This document shows, piece by piece, positions 23,832 to 38,519 of a DNA stretch of 64,000 nucleotides. Source of the DNA: Eledone cirrhosa. Lineage: Eukaryota. A model generated the notes under the pieces. The model was given only the letters and a program-made list of their open reading frames with translations, was not told the origin of the DNA and made no database searches. A program made the translations under genes and the position numbers. Numbering within the stretch: the stretch's first letter is position 1; each line of letters starts with the position of its first letter. The DNA lies in assembly GCA_964016885.1 (NCBI GenBank), contig OZ024742.1, positions 271,250,001 through 271,314,000 of the forward strand, given 5' to 3'.

Positions 23832-24012
23832 GATTCTACTATTGGCACAAGGCCAGCAATTATCCTAGTACATTACTAGTACTTTATTCTATCGACCTCG
23901 TAAAGATGAAAGGCGGAGTTAACCTCGGCGGGATTTGAACTCAGACTATAAACTGACGTAACTCTTTGCTGCAAAGCATGACGTCAGACCCTCTACCGAT
24001 ACTGCCAAACCA
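23832..24012 (-). mobile_element. tRNA-type SINE, same family
   Basis: Colinear with 23550-23730. Confidence 0.85.
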
Positions 24013-24219
24013 CCAATAGGAAATGAACAATCGAATTATCGGCGGCTGCAGCGAAGCACTAAATGTGTGAGTAAATAATAAATTTCCAAGTGTGAACACA
24101 AAAACTTAATAGGGACACAAAGAATAAAGCGACCCTCAACGATATAGGGTAATAGGTCGGAAAAGAAACCTGAACACAACAGAGAGATATGAATCGATAA
24201 AATCTATGAAACTCTTTGA

Positions 24220-24860
24220 TATATATAAGCATATATATATATATATCAATATATAGCTAGAGACATACACAAACGTGTCAAAATTAAATACATGATTAAA
24301 ACCCTATTTATAATCACCCATCCTTATACCTAGACATGTACCCACATATACAATTATATGTCAATATCTGTGTAAACAGAAGCATATATAAACGTTGATA
24401 AACGCACACAGATATATGTTTAAAGGTATACACACATATTCACATATAATTATACATGTGTGTAGATGGCTAGGTATATGGATGCGTGATTAGGTGCGCG
24501 TGTTTAATCATATGTTTAATTTTGACACGTTTGTGTATGTCTCTATCTATATATAACTATTCTGTCATTCAAAGGTGGCGTTGGCTATATGTATCAATGA
24601 AAATGAATGTATATATATATATATACATATATATATGTGTGTGTGTATGTGCGCGTGCGCGTGTGTGTATATGTGCGTGTGTGTGTGTATGTGCGTGTGT
24701 CAATGTATTTGTATACACAAATACACACATATATATATATATGTATACATATATGTATATATGTATATATATATGTGTGTGTGTGTGCGTGTATGTGTGT
24801 ATGTGTATTCGTCTGGGTGTGTATGTACGTGCAAGTTATGCATGTATGTATACTCTTGTT
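24220..24860. repeat. Compound (TA)n/(TG)n dinucleotide low-complexity region
   Basis: Directly visible. Confidence 0.9.
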
Positions 24861-26649
24861 TACTAATATATGATAAACGGACGTCTAGTAACACATCTTG
24901 CAGAAGCAAGTGTCAAATTAATTTCTACTTGGCATATAAATGAATTTTATTAGTTTATGTCTTGATGTTGAACTGAACAATATCTATAAATATAGATATA
25001 GCTGCAGAAGCGATGAATGCCTCATATCATACTAGACTTGACAATTCGGTCTATTAGCAAGAAAAATTGAAAACGTAATGAAATTTATGATCAAATTTAG
25101 CTATAATGATATATAATGCAATTATATGTGATGAATACTAAGGGAAATAAACAAATTAAATTTCTCTTATTTCTTTCTTCTTTATAAATGACATTTCTTT
25201 GAATCTCAATTTCCTGGTGACATTCGTCTCTGCTTTTAGCAATAAGAATCTTTTCAGTGTTTCTATATTTGAAGTGTTTAGTTTGAGTCGAAAAGGAATT
25301 GCTCTGCTGAGGAAGACACAACTATTGTGACTAAATAAATGTATTTAGTTTAATAATTTGCTAAAACAGGAATGTTGTGAGCGACTTTGGCACATTTCAT
25401 AATTTGCATTCATGCACAAGCATGTACGATTCTCAGAATCCTACAAATCCGATGACACATACTGGGATTCCAATTAATTTCGAGCAATCTATATCATTCA
25501 ATAATATCGAACAGCTTCTCCTTGCCCCACCATCATAGCTTGAATTGCTGTAATATAGATCAGCATCGATATATCAGTCAAATATAACCGCCATTCATTT
25601 GAATTGAACATATTTTCCGCCCGTCAGTGATACATTCCCGTCTCTGTTAAGATCATCTGACTTGTTGCATTGATTAGAGCTATTGATGGATAATTCCCAT
25701 CGAAATGGGGCACAAAGGATGTATATGTATACGTGTGATACAACTGTTGTGATTTAAAAAATATTTGATGAAACAACAACGCTTGAAACAAGTTATGGCA
25801 AAATCATTGCAATTGGGTATCAATAGAGTCAAAACTATGATGGACAGTTACGTCATACCGGATCTACATGTGTATAAAACTGAAGAGCTTCCAAGAAGAG
25901 TGACTAATCAAATTAAAGAAATAAAGTAAAATTAATCTATTCGTTAACTCCCTGGTGGGGGATGTTGATTCTTAAATCTTGAGTGTGTCGTGATATTGTA
26001 CAGTCATTAGAAAACTTGGAGGTAGATAAGAACGTAAACTTCTTATGGACAGGGTTATTCTACTGATATTTCCAGTAACCATTTTATTAGAATCTAAAAA
26101 GTCATTGTTCGCCAGTACTTTCAACAATATTAGAACCAGCAACTGGTTTTAATGTAATGTTGAAATAAAATGATGTTGGTAGTGAATCCAGATATGAATC
26201 AAGTATATTATAAATATTGAAAACAGCCATCGTTAAACCAAGTAGGGGTGAGAGATTATATATCCTTTACCCACTGCTTTATACGAATGTTTAGTTCAGG
26301 ATGCAGTTAAACGGCTTGCAGATACAGCTTTTTATATATTATCAAGAATGTATCCAATTCTTCAATATATAGTTTCAGATATCGGGCAAATATGAAAATT
26401 TAACGAATTTAGCAAGATTAATATAATTAGGTTGATCAAATCTAAATATATAGCTCTGGGTTAGATAGAAGAGCTGGGAGCTGTCACATAATTTCTGTAT
26501 ATTGTTTGGCCGCTACACGTAAGTTGAAACCCACTTATATTTCATTACATATTTACCAATTATCACATAGCCCTCTATTCGTGTAAAGTACATTTACAGG
26601 AAATAACTGTACACTTATATAGCACTCCATGCCATCTACTGAAAACAAG

Positions 26650-26669
26650 ACTACTCCTACTACTACTAC

Positions 26670-26749
<80 letters not shown>

Positions 26750-26760
26750 GTTATTGTTAT
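26650..26760. repeat. Compound (CTA)n(CTT)n(ATT)n microsatellite
   Basis: Directly visible; the ATT part is the tail/target of the adjacent Dong copy. Confidence 0.97.
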
Positions 26761-29008
26761 TCCTTGAATCTCAGTCATTGATGTTGGTTAACTGGAAAGT
26801 CCGTTGGATTGAATATCAAGCCACTACCTGCAGCCTCAGATATTCAGGACGTATCGGAGGGTTCTTGCCGTTCCAAGCAAGCATGCCTTTTGAAGCGTTC
26901 CAAAAAGCGTGAAGGGGCCGATTTTCTTTAACCATCCCTGGAAACCTTTGGAGATAGTCCCCAGTGCGCCTATGACAATCGGGATCACTTTGACTTCATG
27001 GCAGTTCCAAATCCTTTTCACCTCCCACTTTAGGTCCTGGTATCGGTTAATTTTCTCCCTCTCCTTCTCTTGCACTCTCGTGTCGAACGGGCAGGCCACA
27101 TCCACAATCAGGCACGATCTTTTTTCTTTGTCCACAACCACCAGGTCAGGTCTATTGTGTTCCAGTTTTTTGTCCGTCTGTATCCTAAAATCCCACAGCA
27201 CCTTCACCTGACTGTTCTCCATCACCGCCTCTGGCCTATGCTCATACCATTTCTCAGAATGTGGTAGATTGTTTACTTTGCACAGGTGCCAGTGGATCAC
27301 CCTGCCCATCACATCGTGTCTCCAGCCCTTATAGTGGGTCCGGGCTAGGTGTTTACACTCGGACACAATGTGAGCCACAGTCTCCTCTCTCTCTCCACAG
27401 ATCCTGCACAGTGGGCTAGCCTCCTCCTTGTAGATATGGTGCTTCAACCACTTCGTTTTGAGGGCCTGCTCCTGCGCAGCCATTAGCATTCCTTCTGTAG
27501 CCTTTTTGAGGTCTCCTCTTCTCAACCAGTTCCATGTCTGTGGATCTCTAAATTCAGTTTTCTCAAAGAAGGTACTATGAAGGGATTTTCCCTTAAGGCT
27601 GCTCTTCCTCCTTGATGTTATTTCCTCCTTGGATATCCCCTGGCCTACTGTCCCCTCCTTCAGTACAGCTCTGAGCATTGGCTCCTTACTATAGGTCACG
27701 TATTTGTATAGGTTGTTTTTCTCCATCTGAACACAGTCCTCTATGCTGATAAGACCTCTTCCACCCTCAGATCTCCTTAGGTAGAGTTTATCGACATCAC
27801 TCCTCTTGTGGAACATGTTGTAGATAGTCAATAGCTTCCTAGTCTTCCTATCCATTTCTTTTTGTTCAGCAACATTCCATCTCAGAATTCCCGCACTGTA
27901 CCTAATAATAGACACAGCTCGGGAATTTACTGCGCTTATGGCATTTCTGCTGTTCAGATGTGACTTCAATACGCTCCTTACTCTCCGAATGTATTCAGTT
28001 CTTAACAATTCCTTCATTTTTTTGTTCTTTATGCCATCAGCCTCCAGAACGCCCAAATACTTGTATCCTTCCTCAGAGTCAATTTCCTTTATCATCTCAC
28101 CTGTTGGTATCTGGATCCCGTTACTTCTGCTCAACCTAGCCCTCCTCATCACAATGACTCCACATTTACCAATACCAAACTGCATACATATATCACTGCT
28201 GAAAATACGGACAGTGTCAACAAGCACATCCAACTCCTTCTCACTTTTCCCGAAGAGCTTAAGATCGTCCATGAAGAGGAGGTGATTGATGGTAAGCTCT
28301 CCCCTTTCCAACTTGTATCCTGCTCTCACTTTTCGCAGCATAATGGTCAAGGGCATCAGGGCAAGGACAAACAACAGAGGGGACAGGCTATCTCCATGGA
28401 AGATACCTCTCTTGATCTTCACGCTTCCCAAGGATACTCCAGTTGATGTCAACTCTGTCTCCCAGGACCCCATACTCCTGCCCAGCAACTGTCTGATGTT
28501 ATCTGCCACCCTGAAGATCTCCAGGCTTTTGGTGATCCAGGAATGAGGCACCATGTCAAATGCCTTTCTGTAGTCTATCCATCCCATGGCAAGATCAGTG
28601 TGTCTCCTCCTGCAATTCCCCATTACCATCTTATCAATAAGCAACTGGTCCTTTGTACCACGTGACTTCTTTCGGCATCCTTTCTGTTCGTCCGGCAACA
28701 AGTTGTTTGTGTGGAGGTGATGGTAGATTTCCTCAGACACAATGCTCGTCAACAGTTTCCACATTACGGGCAGACATGTGATAGGTCTATAGTTGGTAAC
28801 ATCATTACCCTTGATTCGGTCTTTCATTATCAGAACTGTGGTACCTTTTGTCAACCACTCTGGCACCTCACCCGACACCAAGCAGTCATTGAACATGGCC
28901 GTCAGCTTCGGGTGGAGGGATGTTAAATGTTTAATCCAATACCCCTGCACACCATCTGGGCCTGGTGATTTCCAGTTGGTTAGTTTTTTGGCTTGCCCCT
29001 TAAGAGTT

Positions 29009-29010
<2 letters not shown>
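26761..29010 (-). mobile_element. Young 5'-truncated R4/Dong-type element, family A
   Basis: Uninterrupted RT-CCHC-REL frame; (ATT)n on both sides. Confidence 0.95.
26836..28950 (-). CDS. RT plus CCHC plus PD-(D/E)xK restriction-like endonuclease (N-terminally truncated, 704 aa open)
   Basis: NYRPITCL, EQKGCR, WIDYRKAFDMVPH, GIFHGDSLSP, LFMDDL, YKYLG, GGRGL, CRIC..ETVAHIVSEC, RHD, RPDLVV..IVDVACP..EKINRY. The listed start is not a true initiation site because the frame stays open to the truncation at ~29010. Confidence 0.9.
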   Translation of the reverse strand: MQGYWIKHLTSLHPKLTAMFNDCLVSGEVPEWLTKGTTVLIMKDRIKGNDVTNYRPITCLPVMWKLLTSIVSEEIYHHLHTNNLLPDEQKGCRKKSRGTKDQLLIDKMVMGNCRRRHTDLAMGWIDYRKAFDMVPHSWITKSLEIFRVADNIRQLLGRSMGSWETELTSTGVSLGSVKIKRGIFHGDSLSPLLFVLALMPLTIMLRKVRAGYKLERGELTINHLLFMDDLKLFGKSEKELDVLVDTVRIFSSDICMQFGIGKCGVIVMRRARLSRSNGIQIPTGEMIKEIDSEEGYKYLGVLEADGIKNKKMKELLRTEYIRRVRSVLKSHLNSRNAISAVNSRAVSIIRYSAGILRWNVAEQKEMDRKTRKLLTIYNMFHKRSDVDKLYLRRSEGGRGLISIEDCVQMEKNNLYKYVTYSKEPMLRAVLKEGTVGQGISKEEITSRRKSSLKGKSLHSTFFEKTEFRDPQTWNWLRRGDLKKATEGMLMAAQEQALKTKWLKHHIYKEEASPLCRICGEREETVAHIVSECKHLARTHYKGWRHDVMGRVIHWHLCKVNNLPHSEKWYEHRPEAVMENSQVKVLWDFRIQTDKKLEHNRPDLVVVDKEKRSCLIVDVACPFDTRVQEKEREKINRYQDLKWEVKRIWNCHEVKVIPIVIGALGTISKGFQGWLKKIGPFTLFGTLQKACLLGTARTLRYVLNI

Positions 29011-29049
<39 letters not shown>

Positions 29050-29063
29050 TTTATTGTTGTTAT

Positions 29064-29716
29064 TCCTTGAATCTCAGTCATTGATGTTGGTTAACTGGAA
29101 AGTCCGTTGGATTGAATATCAAGCCACTACCTGCAGCCTCAGATATTCAGGACGTATCGGAGGGTTCTTGCTGTTCCAAGCAAGCATGCCTTTTGAAGCG
29201 TTCCAAAAAGCGTGAAGGGGCCGATTTTCTTTAACCATCCCTGGAAACTTTTGGAGATAGTCCCCAGTGCGCCTATGACAATCGGGATCACTTTGACTTC
29301 ATGGCAGTTCCAAATCCTTTTCACCTCCCACTTTAGGTCCTGGTATCGGTTAATTTTCTCCCTCTCCTTCTCTTGCACTCTCGTGTCGAACGGGCAGGCC
29401 ACATCCACAATCAGGCACGATCTTTTTTCTTTGTCCACAACCACCAGGTCAGGTCTATTGTGTTCTAGTTTTTTGTCCGTCTGTATCCTAAAATCCCACA
29501 GCACCTTCACCTGATTGTTCTCCATCACCGCCTCTGGCCTATGCTCATACCATTTCTCAGAATGTGGTAAATTGTTTACTTTGCACAGGTGCCAGTGGAT
29601 CACCCTGCCCATCACATCGTGTCTCCAGCCCTTATAGTGGGTCTGGGCTAGGTGTTTACACTCGGACACAATGTGAGCCACAGTCTCCTCTCTCTCTCCA
29701 CAGATCCTGCACAGTG
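29064..29716 (-). mobile_element. Short 5'-truncated Dong family A copy, near-identical to 26761-27415
   Basis: The 180 aa REL ORF differs from the neighbouring copy at only three residues; flanked by (ATT)n. Confidence 0.95.
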
Positions 29717-29722
29717 GTCCTG

Positions 29723-31506
<1,784 letters not shown>

Positions 31507-31540
31507 CTCTTGGTATTCTGCTTCATATTATTATGATTCT

Positions 31541-31752
31541 GGCGGTGGTTTGGCAGTTACAGTAGTGCTTCAGGCACTCTGCTTCGCTGCATAGAGTTAT
31601 GACGCCTCACATTCTGAGTTCAAATCTCGCTGAGGTTAGCTTTGCTTTTTATCCCTACGGGGTCGATAAAATAGAGCACTAGTCACGCACTGGTATCGAT
31701 TTAATCACCCCCCCTATAATTGATAGCGTTGTGCCTAAATCAGAAACAATTA
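31541..31752 (+). mobile_element. tRNA-type SINE
   Basis: ggcggtggtttggcag head, gagttcaaatctc B box, ctttgcttttatccctacggggtcgataaaa core, ttgtgcctaaatcagaaacaattatt tail. Confidence 0.8.
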
Positions 31753-31859
31753 TTCTCCTCGCCCCTTTTCCTCTGCCACCTGCGATTGGTTCTCTAGCCT
31801 AACAACTCTGCCAAGATAATGTATATAACTAATTGAATAATTGAATAACAGAAATTAAT

Positions 31860-32175
<316 letters not shown>

Positions 32176-32177
<2 letters not shown>

Positions 32178-32375
32178 AGGAACGAGTAGGAGGACCCCGA
32201 CAGCTGAGCTCAAGCCGTTTCGACGGCTAATTCTGGACTGTCCAGAATCAGCCGTCGAAACGGCTTGAGCTCAGCCGTCGGGGTCCTACTCGTTCCTATT
32301 ACCCACTCTACTACCCTAAGTTTTGAGTACTTTGGTGCGTTATGGTCCACCTGGTTCCTTACCACATTTCCTTCG

Positions 32376-32378
<3 letters not shown>
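32176..32378. repeat. ~200 bp element inside (TA)n carrying a 124 bp near-perfect palindrome
   Basis: Arms 32176-32238 and 32240-32299 differ by two mismatches and one 3-nt indel. A diverged copy in the opposite orientation lies at 61700-61891. Confidence 0.85.
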
Positions 32379-32434
<56 letters not shown>

Positions 32435-32840
32435 ACAAAAAAAACAAGAGTATTAATAATATTACAATCATTATTATCCTACAGGCACACAAGCAGCCAC
32501 TAATGGGCAAACGAGTACAGTTCAAATCGATTGCCCTATTTCTCATAACTTAACATTTCCAATAGATAACATGTTAGATAAATGTTGAAAATGTTTAGTG
32601 TTTATCCATGCATGAATATTGCACACATCTGTGTGAATTTAGAAGCAGATGATCTGTCTGAATTCCATAATAATCTGTGTTTCAGCAATACATTAATAGG
32701 TGAAAAAACAGAATCGATAGATGTGGGTGTATGTGGATTAATATGGGGAGTACTAAGCTTATAAATATATATGTTAGCATGCTTATGTTTTTTATTAAAT
32801 ATGTATAAGGATGACAAAACACACACGCAGACACTAGGCT

Positions 32841-33060
32841 GTGAGGGCACGTGATTTAGTAGTTAGCGCACAAGGTGTTGTACTATGTACTATGCTTGTG
32901 GCTTTCGAACATACTCTATTTTCTTTCCAACACTAGTCTAAAGAGGAGGAAACGTTATATCTGAAATTCAAAAGAACAGCCATGTCACATATTAGATCCG
33001 GCTACTTGTCTTACGTTAAAGGCAAACGTGTCTATGGAGTGATTGTGGTGCGACATTCAC
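32841..33060 (+). mobile_element. Old, decayed SINE-like remnant
   Basis: tRNA A-box-like head gagggcacgtgatttagtagttag. The body resembles cephalopod SINEs from recall only and was not searched. Confidence 0.35.
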
Positions 33061-33224
33061 AGTCTAAGATATTTCTAGCCTATGTACATACACTATTCAA
33101 TCTAACCCAGCATATTAGTGGTTCTCCAGTATTGTTCATGAAGAATATAATTAGTGTGAATCAACACTATATGCATCTGTTTCCCTTCACCTTTCTAACT
33201 ATTTCTGCAATTTCTGTTTTCAAG

Positions 33225-34075
33225 CCCTCACAAACATCTCCCAGTTGGTTAATGTCATCGGGTGAATATCCCACTGCACTTTTTATAAAGGATTGTTGGC
33301 GTGGAAAGCAACGATACCTTAGGCACGTCTCTGGGTTTGGAGCATAATCATCTAGCTGATGTCTTTCTGAGAATGTTCGACCCAGGACCGGTGGGTAACT
33401 TTATAAAATCCTTGACTTAGCAGTGGTACTGGGAAAATTTGCTGGTTCGGGATAAACTCTAGAGACATGGAAGATTCGTCATCCACGCTACCCAAACTCA
33501 TTCAGTGCTTGAGCATTAATGACCTGTCAGTGTCCCACATATGCTCTCATGTATAGGGCGGATCAGTCTATCAACTGAATTCTTCGTGAAGATTACCGTC
33601 TTTTGGCTGGAAAAGTCAAGCCATCTTTTGTATTGCTCGTGGCCATGGTCACGATTGAAAAGGCTGAAGACAATTTCTTATTTGGCGAATCTCTCATCAC
33701 ATTCTTCAAGTTTCACTTTAAGAGGAAACTCAGTGTAGAAACGGAATTATCACGTTAGAGCCATTTTGTTGAATGGTGGGTGAGAACGGTGAGCAAGGCC
33801 CGAGTGGAGGGACTTGCATGCGTATACGCTTGTAAATCGAAGATGTAGAAATGAGAAGGCACTTGCCTTAAAGTTCAGAGCAACCAGAGTTTTATTTATG
33901 TGTTTTACGTGTAGCCCTTGAACGTCTTCTCCTTATTAAAGAATAATTATGACTAGAATTAGATTGCTACCTCCCCACTCGGATGTCTCCTCACCATTGA
34001 GGAATACTCATGGTTAAAATGTTATTTATGCCTCTTTTTATTGGTCTTAAAGTTGGTAACACTCACACAAAATAA
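33225..34075 (+). mobile_element. Old Tx1-type 3' fragment
   Basis: Translates to ..FLRMFDPGPVGNFIKSLT*Q..LLVRDKL*RHG and ..FFKFHFKRKL, homologous to the ORF2 C-terminus; decayed 3'UTR follows. Confidence 0.8.
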
Positions 34076-34109
34076 AACTATCAGTATTTTTTTATGTGCA
34101 ATCATTAAT

Positions 34110-34582
34110 GTTTGTCTTAATGTAATTTTATATTAAAAAATTAAGCATTTTACAAGTTGAAGAAAACCCCATTGAGTCCACTAACTACAACAGCCAATTA
34201 ACGGCAATATAAACACCGCCAACACCACTAAACCCTCTATAATAATAATTAATATAGCTGTATCTCATAAGTTCTTTCAAAATGTTTAGTTCAAATATTA
34301 AGGGTGGATGTCTAATTGTCTATTAAATATAAGTGACAAACGGAAAAGCTACTGAGCGAAAACAGGCAAGAACAAACGCAACATCAAGAGAAAAACAAAA
34401 TTCAAAATATTTAAACACAACACCCCCTCCCTAGATCACTGTTATGGCTACGAGCTTAGCTTGGTTAAAATCAAATACAACAGCAGCAGCAAATATATCA
34501 ACACTTGTGACCGATGTTATTGGCCTTGGAAAAAAAAAAATAAAAAAAAAAGTCAGACATTCAAACATTACAATGACACCTG
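34110..34582 (+). mobile_element. Unclassified repeat 'X', copy 2
   Basis: Shares blocks with 7960-8370 and 38560-38830. Confidence 0.5.
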
Positions 34583-37500
34583 GCTGTCATCCAAATATTG
34601 CTGGTGTTGGAGGAAGAAGAAATTGGGCAAGAACCAACTGGACAAAATCATTTAATGGAACTGTCATGAATGTTACCTGAAGAGTGATCCCATGAAAATA
34701 GCTATAGGAAACGGATGCATAAAATCTGGAATGAGGTGGATCTACTTAAATTAAGTGAAAAAACGTTGGTGGGTCAGGCTCCTGTAATAAGCACTAACGG
34801 ATGGATAAGCCATTTGGAACTGGAGGAACTGAGCAGAGAGATTTAGTTGGAAATGGAGAGTGGAGTATATTAGCCAAATGAGCCAGTGGGATATGAGGGT
34901 GAAAAGGTTGAAAAACCCAAGAAAGCAACCAAAGAAGACAATGACCTGAATGCTGAAATGAATAACATCTGGAACAAAAATTCAGGAAATGAATGCTGAA
35001 GGGAGAGAGTTAGATTTTGTTGATATTCTGAAATTAGTGGTAGATAAAATTAACAGAGATAATGGAAAATCTATGAACCTAAGATTTGTAGGCAGGAAAC
35101 GCTTAAAAGAAATGACAGCTAAGTTACACAGATTCATCCCAGAACGTCAGGCGAATAACCTTCATTAATGCAACTACATCCCCAAAGCTACCGTCAATGT
35201 GATGAAAACATTACTTGGTGTAAAAAGGAGAGGAAACAACAAACAAGAAAAAACAGAGCCGTAGTGGAAGAGGAAACTGAAAGGGCAAATCAAGAAAATA
35301 ATAAAAGACATTGGAAAGTGTGTGTCTTTACAAAACATCACATTAAAAAACATAGAAATTAAAAATAGATTGAAAATGAATTACAACACTAACGGAAAAG
35401 TCGTAAATGTTATAGAAGAATTTCAGCAACGCATTTTAGCAAAAAGGAAAGGATTAAACTTTATGAGAACAGAGTTAGTTAATATAGACAGAACCGCATG
35501 CCTGACAAGGCTCAGAACATGGTATTTGAATAGTTTGAAGAGAGAGAAATAGGTAATACTTTTTCCTAAGCCGCTATATTTCCAAATTTTCTACTTCAAA
35601 TCTAGTAATATTAACTAACGTATTGGTACGCGATGGGGTCCACCCACAGCCCCGGTGGACAGAATGGAGAAGACGTTTCCCCGGAGGACGGCAAGGGAGA
35701 CGCGCTGGAAAATTCACTCCAACTCCCGGGGCTCACACCTGCGGCTGGCCAGCTCAGCGCCTATGGTGGTGAGTAAGGAGGGAAATCTGGGGCCGAGGAC
35801 ACTAGAAGTCCCATCTGCTAGGGGAACGACCGCAAACCTGTCGGAGAGCGACCAATATTTGAGGAATTTGGCCCCCTCAGCCCGACGTGCAGCAGAATCT
35901 GGGTCAGTCGCAGACTGCACCAGGTTGCGGCAGCAGAAAGTGTCGGTGCAAGTGGCATCACAGACGAGGGGTTTGCCACCGCGGAACGGGAAGATGGTCA
36001 TGCCATCTGGTCTTTGCCGTCCCCTCGATCCAGCCCCACCGGCTCGAGTTGGGAAGGGAAGCCTTCACCGTCCAAGCACTGCTTAATGACATCGTTGAGG
36101 GCAGCATGGCGTGGAATGCGGCCGGCACTGTGGCGACAGGAAAGCTTGTGGAGGCCGAAAGTGTCCACGGTGGAACCGCAGCGACAATGGTGTGGCTGGC
36201 AGATCCGGAGGCCGAGCCTCAGGGCAACGCCGATTCGCAGGCCATGGTTGTCTAGCTGCGTGCCAGTGGAGAAGACGGGCAGGGAATGGAGCCAGGCACC
36301 ACTGTGGAGTCTGGAGGCCGCACGAAAGCAAGCAAGGCGGTGCTGGTCGAGCTGGCGCGTGAGCTTGTCTGAGGCCAGGCTGCACAGGAATATGGGATCA
36401 GAGTTTTGAACTTACTAGGGAGACAGTGTGGGTTGAGACAGTTCAAAAGGAGATTATTGAACAAGCACACCAACAACCTGAATTGAGTATCACAGCTGAA
36501 ACTATTAAAGAGCAGTCAATAGACAAACAATCTAACAATCACCAGGCTCATACGGTGTGCAAGAATATCGGATAAAAATATAAAATCCCTCCAACCAAAA
36601 CTGACAGCCATGTTCTATGACTGCTTGGAGTTGGGTGAAGTACAAGAGAGGTTGACAAAAGGTACCACAGTTCTGGTAATTAAAGACCAATTCAATGATA
36701 ATATGGTAACCAACTGTAAGTCTATCACTTGTCTAACCGTAATGTGGAAACTTCTAAAAGCATTGTGTCTGAAAATATCTACCACCACCTCCACATAAAC
36801 GACTTATTGCCGGACGAACAGAAAGGATGCCGAAAGATGCCCCGTGCTATAAAAGACCAGTTACTCCTGCATAACATGGTAATGAGGAATTGCAAGGGGA
36901 TCCATACATGTCTTGCCATGGGATGGATAGAATATAAGAAATCATTTGACATGGTTCCTCATTCTTGGATAAACAAAAGCCTAGAGATTTTCGAGGTGAC
37001 AAACATCAGACAGCTATTAGCTATTAAGTAAACTTATGAATATCTGGGAGACAAAGCTAACAAAAGGTGGACTATCATTGGGAGGAGTGAAGATCATGTC
37101 AGGTAACTTCCAAGGAGATAGGTTGTCTAAGTGTGAAAACAGGATATAAACTGGGAAGGATAGATCTTACCATTAACCACCGCGTCTTCATGGACGACCT
37201 AAAACGCTTTGGGAAAAGTGAGAATGAATTGAATGTACTTGTTAACACTGTCCGTATTTTAAGCAAATATTAATTTATGGAATTTGTTGTTAATAAGTTT
37301 GGTGTCCCAGTGAGGAAGAAAGGTAAATTGAACGGAAGACTGGAATTCAGGTACCAACAGGTGAGATGATAATGATATCGGCAATGAAGATGGATACTAT
37401 ATTTGTGTATTCTGGAGGCAGATGACATCAAGTACGATACAAATGAAGGAATTTATAAGATCTGAATACATAAGGAGAGTAAGGAACAAACTAAATTCAC

Positions 37501-38510
37501 ATCTATATACTAGGGTTATCCTAAGTGCTGTACATTCCCGAGCTCTTTCTATTTTTAGGAACAATGCGGGAATTCGCAAATGGAATGTTACTGAAGAAAT
37601 GGAGATAGATAAAAATACTACGAAGCTAATGACTACCCGCAGCATGTTCCACAAGACGAGTGATAGTGATAGATTATACTTAAAGAGATCTGAATGTGGA
37701 AGAGGTGTTATCAGCATAGAGGGCTGTGTTCGGATGGAGAAGAGAAGTCTGCTTAAATATGTGTCCGAGAGGACGGAGCTAAATCTAAAAATTGTACTGA
37801 CTGAGAAGACATTACCAGGATATATCAAGGAGGAAGTAACAACAAAGAGGAAGAACAACCTTCATGAAAATCCCTTTATAGCACATTTATTAATGAAAAC
37901 GGAATTCAGGAATCCACAGACATTGGGGTGATTCAAAAGGATGAGACTTAAAAAAACCCTGCTGAATGAACGCTAGTGACTGCACAAGAATAAGCCCTGA
38001 CAACAAAGTTGGTGAAACACAATATTGTGTAGAGGGAAGCCACCTCACTGTGTAGGTTGCGGGGAGATAGAGAGAAAACTGTGGCTTGCATGGTATCCGA
38101 GTGTAAAGACCAATCCAATACTCACTATAAAGGCTGTAGGCACGATAAAACAAGAAAGGTGATTCACTGGCATTTCTACAAACTAAATACTTTACCACGT
38201 TCTGAGAAGTGGTATGAGAATAAGCCAGATTAAGATATAGAAATGATCAAATGAAGATCCTATGAGATTGCAGGATACAGACGGACATAAATTCGAACAC
38301 AATATGCCTGACCAGGTGGTTTTTGACAAGTAAAACATATATTGCCTGATTGTAGATGTAGCCTGTCCCTTTGAGACAAGAATGCAAGAAAAGAAGGAGG
38401 GGGAAATTAACCTACACCAGGATTGAAATTGGGAATGTCTTGATCAGGGACGTCCCGATTGTCTTAGAAGTACTAGGAAACATCTTCAAGAATGGTTAAG
38501 AACATTAGTG
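34583..38510 (+). mobile_element. Old, heavily decayed Dong family A copy, interrupted by a CRE-like insert
   Basis: Colinear with 8665-11880 (RTNWTK, LLPDEQKGCRK, WIEYKKSFDMVPHSWI, GRGVISIE). Confidence 0.88.
35573..36387 (-). mobile_element. 3' fragment of a CRE-clade-like non-LTR element (zinc motif plus REL endonuclease)
   Basis: Minus strand reads [83 protein letters not shown]. It is a GC-rich island within an AT-rich host. Confidence 0.8.
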
Positions 38511-38519
38511 CTGTCCCCG

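Noticed and set aside
24486-24943. ORFs rich in YI/CV, poly-I, poly-L or poly-F (also 26575, 31274, 32323, 59363)
   Set aside because: Translations of microsatellites with no coding signal.
24900-26640. Non-repetitive-looking AT-rich stretch that might hold host exons or a decayed transposase
   Set aside because: No long ORF, and the part translated by hand (~25380-25680) gave no recognisable motif. BLASTX would be needed.
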